From the NCBI GenBank assembly GCA_021847835.1, contig JAJZPR010000010.1, positions 63,718 through 95,717 on the forward strand: a stretch of DNA of 32,000 nt. The letters run 5' to 3'. Numbering within the stretch: the stretch's first letter is position 1; every line of letters begins with the position of its first letter. Of the stretch, positions 25,101 through 32,000 are shown in pieces. This stretch comes from Pseudomonadota bacterium (GTDB lineage: Bacteria; Pseudomonadota; Gammaproteobacteria; Burkholderiales; Thiobacillaceae). The notes under the pieces are model-generated. The model was not told the origin of the DNA, made no database searches, and worked only from the letters and a program-made list of their open reading frames with translations. A program made the translations under genes and the position numbers.

Positions 25101-25653
25101 CAACTACGACAGCTTCACCTACAACCTCGTGCAGTATTTCGGCGAGCTGGGCGAAGACGTGAAGGTGATGCGCAACGACGAGATCGACCTTGCCGGCGTG
25201 GCGGCCTTGAAGCCCGATCACATCGTCATCTCGCCGGGGCCCTGCACGCCCACCGAGGCGGGCATTTCCGTGCCCTTGATCCGCGAATTCGCCGGCAAGG
25301 TGCCCATCCTCGGCGTGTGCCTCGGCCACCAGAGCATCGGCCAGGCCTTCGGCGGCAGGATCGTGCACGCGAAAGCGCTCATGCACGGCAAGACCTCCAT
25401 GATCCGCCACAAGGACGTGGGCGTGTTCCGCGGCCTGCCCAATCCTTTCCGCGCCACGCGCTACCACTCGCTGGTGATCGAGCGCGAGTCGCTGCCCGAT
25501 TGCCTGGAAATCACCGCCTGGACCGACGACGGCGAGATCATGGGCGTGCGCCACAAAACGCTGGCGGTGGAAGGCGTGCAGTTCCACCCCGAGTCCATCC
25601 TCACCGAACACGGCCACGCCATGCTGGCCAACTTCCTCAAGGGGCATGCTTGA
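25084..25653 (+). CDS. trpG: Anthranilate synthase component II (glutamine amidotransferase)
   Basis: [26 protein letters not shown] (catalytic Cys) and GVQFHPES. The first 17 nt and all upstream DNA are element-derived. Confidence 0.92.
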   Translation: MLLMIDNYDSFTYNLVQYFGELGEDVKVMRNDEIDLAGVAALKPDHIVISPGPCTPTEAGISVPLIREFAGKVPILGVCLGHQSIGQAFGGRIVHAKALMHGKTSMIRHKDVGVFRGLPNPFRATRYHSLVIERESLPDCLEITAWTDDGEIMGVRHKTLAVEGVQFHPESILTEHGHAMLANFLKGHA

Positions 25654-26669
25654 TGCAGTACAAGGACATTCTCAGCCGCTTGCTCGACCGCCATGATCTG
25701 CCGCGCGAAACCATGCTGTCCGCCATGCATGCGCTCATGGGGGGGGAATGGACGCCTGCCCAGATAGCGGGATTCCTGATCGCGTTGCGCATGAAGGAAG
25801 AAAGCGTTACTGAAATCGCGGCGGGTGCCCAGGTGATGCGCGAACTGTCGCTCAAGGTGCCCCTGGCTGGCGTCGAGCATCTGGTCGATACCTGCGGCAC
25901 CGGCGGCGATGGCGCGCATACCTTCAATATCTCGACTGCAGCCGCTTTCGTGGCGGCAGCCTGCGGCGCGCATGTTGCCAAGCATGGCGGGCGTTCTGTG
26001 TCATCCACATCAGGCAGCGCCGACGTGCTGGAAGCGCTCGGCGTCAACGTCAACCTGACGCCGGAGCAGGTCGCCCGGGCAGTCAGGGAAATCGGCGTCG
26101 GCTTCATGTTCGCGCCCAACTACCATGCTGCCATGAAGCATGCCGCGCCGGTGCGGCGCGAACTGGGCGTGCGCACCTTGTTCAACATGCTGGGGCCGCT
26201 GACCAACCCCGCTGCCGCACCCAACCAGGTGCTGGGCGTGTTCAGCAAAAACCTGACCGGCACGCTGGCCGAAGTGCTGAAGGAACTGGGCAGCCAGCAT
26301 GTGCTGGTCGTCAATGCCGAGGAAGGGCTGGACGAAATCAGCCTGGCCAGCCCCACCTACGTTGCCGAATTGAAGGAAGGGCGGGTATTCGAATACCTCC
26401 TCGAACCCGGGGCCTTCGGCCTGCCACAAGTCGCCGCCACCGAACTGGTGGTCAACGGCAAGGATGAAGCCGTCGCCATGCTCAAGGCCGCGCTGGAAAA
26501 CCGCCATCCCGGCGCCTCTGCCATCGTCACGCTCAACGCTGGCGCAGCCGTGTATGTCTCCGGACGGGCGGACAGCCTGGCCGACGGCGTCGCCCAGGCC
26601 CGGGCCGCCATCGAGTCCGGCGAGGCGAGCGCCAAGTTGGCCGCCTACACGGCCTTTACGCAAGCATGA
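25653..26669 (+). CDS. trpD: Anthranilate phosphoribosyltransferase
   Basis: Its ATG overlaps the trpG stop (TGATG at 25651-25655). Motifs: [36 protein letters not shown]. The start was chosen inside the 450-aa track ORF. Confidence 0.92.
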   Translation: MQYKDILSRLLDRHDLPRETMLSAMHALMGGEWTPAQIAGFLIALRMKEESVTEIAAGAQVMRELSLKVPLAGVEHLVDTCGTGGDGAHTFNISTAAAFVAAACGAHVAKHGGRSVSSTSGSADVLEALGVNVNLTPEQVARAVREIGVGFMFAPNYHAAMKHAAPVRRELGVRTLFNMLGPLTNPAAAPNQVLGVFSKNLTGTLAEVLKELGSQHVLVVNAEEGLDEISLASPTYVAELKEGRVFEYLLEPGAFGLPQVAATELVVNGKDEAVAMLKAALENRHPGASAIVTLNAGAAVYVSGRADSLADGVAQARAAIESGEASAKLAAYTAFTQA

Positions 26670-27454
26670 GCGACATTCTCACCAAAATCCTGGCCACCAA
26701 GCGCGAAGAAATCGCCGCCGGACTGAAACAGGTTTCGCTTGCCGAAATGCAGGCGCGCGCCGCCGTGCAGGAGCCGCCGCGCGATTTCGTCGGCGCCATC
26801 CGCGCCAAAATCGCCGCCGGCAAGCCGGCGGTCATCGCCGAGATCAAGAAGGCCAGCCCCAGCAGGGGCGTGCTGCGCGCGGACTTCCATCCGGCCGCGA
26901 TCGCCGCCAGCTATGAAGCGGGCGGCGCGGCCTGTCTGTCGGTGCTGACCGACCGGCAGTATTTCCAGGGCAGCCCCGAGTATCTCGAAGAGGCGCGCGC
27001 CGCCTGTTCGCTGCCGGTGCTGCGCAAGGATTTCATCATCGACGCCTACCAGGTGTACGAGGCGCGCGCCATGGGGGCGGACTGCATCCTGCTCATCGTG
27101 GCGGCGCTGAAGCTGGACGAGATGCAGGCGCTCGAAGCGCTGGCGCACGAACTCGGCATGGCCGTGCTGGTGGAGTCGCACGACGCCGAAGAACTCGACG
27201 CCGCCCTGCAGCTGAAAACCCCGCTGCAAGGCATCAACAACCGCAACCTGCGCACCTTCGAGGTCAGCCTCGACACGACGCTGGGACTTTTGTCCAAAAT
27301 CGGCCGCGACCGCGTCGTCATCACCGAATCGGGCATCCTGGCCCCGGCCGACGTCGCCCGCATGCGCGCCCACGACGTCCATGCCTTCCTGGTCGGCGAA
27401 GCCTTCATGCGTGCAGACAACCCTGGCGCGGAGCTTGCCCGGCTGTTCGCCTGA
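26666..27454 (+). CDS. trpC: Indole-3-glycerol phosphate synthase
   Basis: [53 protein letters not shown]. Its ATG overlaps the trpD stop. Confidence 0.92.
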   Translation: MSDILTKILATKREEIAAGLKQVSLAEMQARAAVQEPPRDFVGAIRAKIAAGKPAVIAEIKKASPSRGVLRADFHPAAIAASYEAGGAACLSVLTDRQYFQGSPEYLEEARAACSLPVLRKDFIIDAYQVYEARAMGADCILLIVAALKLDEMQALEALAHELGMAVLVESHDAEELDAALQLKTPLQGINNRNLRTFEVSLDTTLGLLSKIGRDRVVITESGILAPADVARMRAHDVHAFLVGEAFMRADNPGAELARLFA

Positions 27455-27482
27455 GGCGCGTCCGCTGCCTGCCGCGGCCTGA

Positions 27483-29033
27483 TCAGGTGCCGCCGCCGTG
27501 GAATTCCACGCCGGGCTGGCGTTCCGGCAGTTCTTCCACCAGCAGTTCGCGCCTCGCGCGTTCCAGGGCGTCCACGCCCGCTTCGCTCAAATAGGACTTG
27601 GCATCGGCTATCGCGGCCGACAGCAGGCCCGCCGCGAGGGACGCAGGCTCTCTTCCCACGGCACGGGCCAGTGCGCGCAGCTCGAAATACGCATCGCGCC
27701 CGAGCTGGGCTTCCACGGGTTTCGCGCCGGGCGCTGCGGCCGGGGCATGCATCGCCCCTTCCAGTTTTTCGGCCAGCGCCTGGCTCATCACGCCCGCGAC
27801 CCTGGATGCGGCGGAAGGCGCCGGGCCGGCGGGCTTGAGGCGAACCTTGTTCATGAAGTATTTCTCGAAATCCACCTTGGCCAGATGCACCCAGCGTCCC
27901 TGGCGCATCCAGTTGATGTCGCGCAAAGGCACCTGCGGTCCCGACAGGTAGGCGGCGCCGGTTTCGCCCATGTCGGACAGCCATCTGGCCCGCTGGGGCG
28001 TGCTGCTCGACAGCGGCTCGCCGCGCATGGAAGCGAGAATGTTGCCCACGGCGGTTTCGGCTTCCTGCTGGATGGAATAGACCGAATCCGGCGCGCCGAC
28101 GTTGAGCGGCGTCCTGTCCGCCGGCCTGTGCGCGATGCACACGCCGGCGGCGAATATGTTCGGGCTGGCGGGGGTTCTCAGGAATTCGTCCACCACCACC
28201 AGGCCGCGCTCGTTGACCAGGCCGGGCGTGGCGCGTATGCCGGACACGCCGCGGAAAGCGGGCCAGTATACCGAGTAGGCGAAGGGCAGCGCGTGGGACT
28301 GCCTGTCCTTTCCCGCTTCATCGAGCTCGACGATGTGTATGGCGCCGGCTTCCACGCGCTCGGTGCGGGCGTTGCAGATGATCCGGATATGGGTATCGGC
28401 GAGCACGGCTTTGATGGCTTCGCGGCTGTCGTTGTCGATGCCCAGGCCGAGGTGGCCGGGCCAGGGCTCGGGCGTGACCAGGGTGATGGGCACGCGCTCG
28501 CGAATGTTGCGGCGCTTGAGGTCGGCATCCGCCAGCAGGGCGAATTCATACACCGGGCCCAGGATGCTGGCCCCCTGCACGGCGCCGACCACGATGGGGC
28601 CGGGATGCCTGGCAAATTCCCGGTAGGCAGCGTGCGCGCGTTCGGCCTGCTCGATGTGCAGCACCGAATGGGTGTGCTCGGCCAGGCCGGGAATTTCGTC
28701 GAACGCGCCTTCCATGCCGGTGGCGATCAGCAGGTAGTCGTAGGACAGCGTGTTGCCGTTTTCCAGTTCGATCCGGTTCAGGTCAGGGCGAACATGCCCC
28801 ACCTTGCCGTGCACGAAGCGGATGCCGCGCGCCTCCAGATAGGGCGCGAGGGGAAAGGCGATGTCGCTGCGCTCGCGCCAGCCCATGGCGATCCACGGGT
28901 TGGAGGGCACGAAGTGGAAGTAGTCCTTGTCCGACACCACGGACACCTCGTCACGCGAGCCGAGCCTGGATCTGAGCGCATAGGCGGCGGGGATGCCCGC
29001 GATGCCTGCGCCGAGTACGACGACGTGTGCCAT
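27483..29033 (-). CDS. SQR-like flavoprotein (pyridine nucleotide-disulfide oxidoreductase fold) lacking two conserved SQR cysteines, with a ~100-aa C-terminal extension
   Basis: 516 aa, colinear with the sqr product at 8797-10065 (MAHVVVLGAGIAG, FVPSNPW, YLLIATG, GVCIAH, WVHLAKVDFEKYF). However, HSICQ becomes HSVLH and GASCYGP becomes GASILGP, and an Ala-rich tail follows the SQR core. Confidence 0.8.
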   Translation of the reverse strand: MAHVVVLGAGIAGIPAAYALRSRLGSRDEVSVVSDKDYFHFVPSNPWIAMGWRERSDIAFPLAPYLEARGIRFVHGKVGHVRPDLNRIELENGNTLSYDYLLIATGMEGAFDEIPGLAEHTHSVLHIEQAERAHAAYREFARHPGPIVVGAVQGASILGPVYEFALLADADLKRRNIRERVPITLVTPEPWPGHLGLGIDNDSREAIKAVLADTHIRIICNARTERVEAGAIHIVELDEAGKDRQSHALPFAYSVYWPAFRGVSGIRATPGLVNERGLVVVDEFLRTPASPNIFAAGVCIAHRPADRTPLNVGAPDSVYSIQQEAETAVGNILASMRGEPLSSSTPQRARWLSDMGETGAAYLSGPQVPLRDINWMRQGRWVHLAKVDFEKYFMNKVRLKPAGPAPSAASRVAGVMSQALAEKLEGAMHAPAAAPGAKPVEAQLGRDAYFELRALARAVGREPASLAAGLLSAAIADAKSYLSEAGVDALERARRELLVEELPERQPGVEFHGGGT

Positions 29034-29045
29034 GTCAGCCTCCTA

Positions 29046-29735
29046 TCATCCGCGCGGCCGCACCAGCTGCCATGCGCGCGCCAGGTAAGTCGTTGCGGCG
29101 AACCCGCTCCACACGTGCACCAGGCGGGTGAAGGGAAAGACCAGGAAGATGGTCATGCCCAGGAAAAGGTGGGCCTGGAAGATCCAGCCCACGCCCTCCA
29201 TCAGCTCGGCCGCGCCGCCGCGGAAGGTGACGATGCGCTGCGCCCATTCCGCCAGCCGCACCATCATGCCGCCGTCCAGGTGCTGGGCCGACAGCGGGAT
29301 GGTGGCGAGCCCCAGCAGCAGTTGCAGCCACAGCAGCAGCACGATCACGATGTCGCCGGCCCTGGTGACGGCGCGGATGCGCGGCTCGGTGAGACGCCGG
29401 TGCAGCAGCAGGCTGAGGCCGATGAAGGCCGCCAGGCCGGCGATGCCGCCCGTGACCATGGCGAGGATCTGCTTGGCGCCGGAACTGATGAAGGGCTCGT
29501 ACACGAAATGCGGCGTCAGCATGCCGACGAAGTGGCCGAAGAACAGGAACAGCACGCCGGCGTGGAACAGGTTGCTGCCCAGGCGCAGTTGCCCGCGTTT
29601 CAGCAATTGCGACGAGTCGCTTTTCCACGTGTACTGCTCGCGGTCGAAACGGATCAGGCTGCCGAGCAGGAAGACCGTCAACGCGATGTAGGGGTAGATC
29701 CCGAACAGGAAAAACTGCGTGTAGGACATTTTCAA
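29046..29735 (-). CDS. narI: Respiratory nitrate reductase gamma subunit (cytochrome b)
   Basis: 229 aa, multi-TM. FFLFGIYPYIALTVFLLGSLIRFDREQYTWKS.SSQLL and the conserved His positions are typical of NarI. Lies downstream of narJ. Confidence 0.88.
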   Translation of the reverse strand: MKMSYTQFFLFGIYPYIALTVFLLGSLIRFDREQYTWKSDSSQLLKRGQLRLGSNLFHAGVLFLFFGHFVGMLTPHFVYEPFISSGAKQILAMVTGGIAGLAAFIGLSLLLHRRLTEPRIRAVTRAGDIVIVLLLWLQLLLGLATIPLSAQHLDGGMMVRLAEWAQRIVTFRGGAAELMEGVGWIFQAHLFLGMTIFLVFPFTRLVHVWSGFAATTYLARAWQLVRPRG

Positions 29736-29753
29736 GCCCTCCTGAACTGAGTG

Positions 29754-30410
29754 TCAGACCGCCGCCCGCCGGCGCGAGGGCGGCATTTGCACCACTGCGA
29801 TTTGCGGAGCGGGTTTCAGCAGCGGCTCGACGCCTTCGGCCGAAGGGCCGAACATTTCCATGGCCTCGTCCATGTCGCGCACCGGCGGCGCGGCGAGTTC
29901 CTGCGCCGCCACCGGCGACAGCGCTTCCAGCGTCTGGAAGGCCGCGGCGTAGGGGCTGCCGTTGGCGGCGAGTTTTTTGCCGATGAGGGCGAGCACGTGC
30001 ACGGCATCGCCCAGCAGTTCGAGGGCCTCGCCGTCCGGCAGGAGCGACAGGAATTCGAGGAACAGCGGTACATAGTCGGGCAGTTCGGAGGCGGAGGCGT
30101 CGAAGCCGTGTTTCCAGTATTCCTCGAGCAGGTCGATCATGGCGGGGCCGCGGTCGCGCGATTCGCCGTGGATGTGCTCGAAGAGATGCAGCGAGTGCGA
30201 AGGGTTGCGGTCGAAGGTGGCGACGTAGTTTTCCTGCAGTTCGATGAGCTTGCCGTCGCTCAGCAGCTCGAACAGTGGCGCCATGCGCCTGGCGGCGTTG
30301 CCGTTGAGGGCGGATTCCTCCACCAGCGCGGCATGCATCTCGGGCAGGGCCGCGAGCCGTTCCGGCTCGGGATACATCAGCAACAGGGACAGGACTTTGA
30401 AGGTTTTCAT
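29754..30410 (-). CDS. narJ: Nitrate reductase molybdenum-cofactor assembly chaperone
   Basis: 218 aa. MKTFKVLSLLLMYPE...LQENYVATFDRNPSHSLHLFEHIHGESRDRG is the NarJ/TorD-family signature. Located between narH and narI. Confidence 0.85.
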   Translation of the reverse strand: MKTFKVLSLLLMYPEPERLAALPEMHAALVEESALNGNAARRMAPLFELLSDGKLIELQENYVATFDRNPSHSLHLFEHIHGESRDRGPAMIDLLEEYWKHGFDASASELPDYVPLFLEFLSLLPDGEALELLGDAVHVLALIGKKLAANGSPYAAAFQTLEALSPVAAQELAAPPVRDMDEAMEMFGPSAEGVEPLLKPAPQIAVVQMPPSRRRAAV

Positions 30411-30427
30411 TCTTTAAACCTCACTTC

Positions 30428-30538
30428 CAGCCACAGAGGGCACAGAGAAATCCTCACTTCGAGGGGGCGCGGGCATCAACAGCGGGGAAGCGCCGGTATG
30501 CAAGCACTTGTTTTTTCCCTCTGTGTTCTCTGTGGCTG
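30428..30538. repeat. Inverted repeat in the narH-narJ spacer
   Basis: CAGCCACAGAG (30428-30438) pairs with CTCTGTGGCTG (30528-30538), an 11-bp perfect stem that extends imperfectly through repeated CACAGAG/CTCTGTG motifs. Confidence 0.7.
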
Positions 30539-30569
30539 ACGGTCTTTTGGTGTTCATGCTGTTCTCTCC

Positions 30570-32000
30570 TTAGCCGGTTTTCTTCCTGGCGTGCAGCTGC
30601 GAAAGATCGACCGGCACGGCATTCTTGCGGTTGCCGAACAGGCTGGGCTTGGAAACGCCGTCGGAGCAGCCGTTGCCGAAGCTGAAGCCGCAGCTCGATT
30701 TTTCCTCGAAGGTGTTGATCGCCTCCTCGCGGTGGGCGGTGGGGACGACGAAGCGGTCCTCGTAGTTGGCGATGGCGAGATAACGGTACATCTCGTCGGC
30801 CTGCGCGGAGGTGAGCCCCACCTGGTCGAGCGCGGCGGTGTTGGGCTTGCCGTCCACCGACTTGCCGCGCATGTAGGCGCGCATCGCCAGCAGGCGGTCG
30901 AGCGCGGAGACCACCGGCTGCTCCTTGCCGCCGGTCAGGAGGTTGGCGAGATAGGTGATCGGGATGCGCAAGCTGCCGGTGTCGGGGATGATGCCGTTCA
31001 TGCCCATCCTGCCGGACTCGGCGGCGGCCTGGATCGGCGACAGCGGCGGCACGTACCACACCATGGGCAGGGTGCGATACTCGGGATGCAGCGGGAAGGC
31101 GATCTTCCAATCGATCGCCATCTTGTACACCGGCGACTTCACCGCGGCGTCGAGCCAGGCTTCGGGGATGCCTTCGGCACGCGCGGCATTGATGACTTCG
31201 GGGTCGCAGGGGTCGAGGAAAATCTTCAGCTGCGCTTCGTAAAGTTCCTTCTCGTCACTGACGCTGGCGGCTTCCTCGATGCGGTCGGCGTCATACAGGA
31301 TCACGCCCAGGTAGCGGATGCGGCCCACGCAGGATTCCGAACACACCGTGGGCTGGCCCGCCTCGATGCGCGGATAGCAGAAGATGCACTTCTCGGCCTT
31401 GCCGGTCTTCCAGTTGTAGTAGATCTTCTTGTACGGGCAGCCGGAGACGCACATCCTCCAGCCGCGGCACTTGTCCTGGTCGACCAGCACGATGCCGTCT
31501 TCCTCGCGCTTGTAGATCGAGCCCGAGGGACAGGAGGCCACGCAGGTCGGATTGAGGCAGTGCTCGCACAGCCTCGGCAGGTACATCAGGAAAGTGTTTT
31601 CGAAGGTGGCATGCATTTCCTTCTGCACGTTGTCGAAATTCTTGTCGCGCCCGCGCGAGGAGAATTCGCCGCCGAGGTCGTCCTCCCAGTTGGGACCCCA
31701 GTCGATCTTGTCCATCTTCCTGCCAGTGATGGCGGAAATGGGGCGTGCGGTGGGCGGCGTCTGCGACAGCGGAGCCTTCTGCAGGTGCTGGTAGTCGTAG
31801 GTGAAAGGTTCGTAGTAGTCGTCGATCTCGGGCAGATTGGGGTTGCCGAAGATGTTGGCGAGTATCCTGGTGCGGCTGCCCTGGCGCGGCTCGATCCTGC
31901 CGTCATCCTTGCGCTTCCAGCCGCCGTTCCAGACGTCCTGGTTTTCCCACTGCTTGGGATAGCCGATGCCCGGCTTGGATTCGACGTTGTTGAACCACGC
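30570..32000 (-). CDS. narH: Respiratory nitrate reductase beta subunit (Fe-S), 5' end outside the window
   Basis: YLPRLCEHCLNPTCVASCPSGSIYKREEDGIVLVDQDKCRGWRMCVSGCPYKKIYYNW, CIFCYPRIEAGQPTVCSESCVGRIRYLG. The same frame stays open upstream of the track start (31715) to the window edge (AWFNNVESKPG...), so the CDS is truncated by the window. Confidence 0.92.
   Translation of the reverse strand, partial: AWFNNVESKPGIGYPKQWENQDVWNGGWKRKDDGRIEPRQGSRTRILANIFGNPNLPEIDDYYEPFTYDYQHLQKAPLSQTPPTARPISAITGRKMDKIDWGPNWEDDLGGEFSSRGRDKNFDNVQKEMHATFENTFLMYLPRLCEHCLNPTCVASCPSGSIYKREEDGIVLVDQDKCRGWRMCVSGCPYKKIYYNWKTGKAEKCIFCYPRIEAGQPTVCSESCVGRIRYLGVILYDADRIEEAASVSDEKELYEAQLKIFLDPCDPEVINAARAEGIPEAWLDAAVKSPVYKMAIDWKIAFPLHPEYRTLPMVWYVPPLSPIQAAAESGRMGMNGIIPDTGSLRIPITYLANLLTGGKEQPVVSALDRLLAMRAYMRGKSVDGKPNTAALDQVGLTSAQADEMYRYLAIANYEDRFVVPTAHREEAINTFEEKSSCGFSFGNGCSDGVSKPSLFGNRKNAVPVDLSQLHARKKTG

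Noticed and set aside
27498-29750. 750-aa plus-strand ORF, the longest ORF in this part of the window.
   Set aside because: It is antisense to the SQR-like gene and narI, both of which have clear family signatures. Its translation is low-complexity and Arg/Gly/Ala-rich.

Overview
GC-rich chromosome segment whose gene content suggests a betaproteobacterial sulfur oxidiser/denitrifier. Backbone genes, in order: a Gly/Ser/Met-repeat protein fragment, a secreted alpha/beta (dienelactone-type) hydrolase, a TonB-domain protein, mltA, apaG, rpe, gph, trpE, a divergent sigma-54 regulator (FisR-like) with a type I sulfide:quinone oxidoreductase (sqr), then trpG-trpD-trpC, an atypical SQR paralog, and narI-narJ-narH on the minus strand (narH runs off the window). 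The main feature is a 7,439-bp integrative element present as two apparently identical head-to-tail copies (10206-17644 and 17645-25083). It is bounded by three copies of a 17-bp core, ATGCTGCT(C/A)ATGATCGA, which is the first 17 nt of the trpG coding sequence. The element therefore sits inside the first six codons of trpG and rebuilds the gene's start, while the native trpG ribosome-binding site and start are stranded at attL, facing the integrase. Each copy encodes a P4-type tyrosine integrase, an AT-richer orphan 319-aa coiled-coil protein, an AlpA-type excisionase/regulator, a PriCT-2/Toprim/DUF3987 primase-helicase and five small proteins of unknown function. There are no virion or conjugation genes, which fits a satellite or hitchhiker-type element of an uncharacterised family. 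Other points: an iteron-like inverted array next to the primase gene, arm-type TGGGGGTATC repeats flanking the core, a sigma-54 promoter with twin palindromes upstream of sqr, an SQR paralog lacking two of the three catalytic cysteines, and several REP-like intergenic palindromes. Everything here rests on reading the sequence and recalling protein families; no database search was run.
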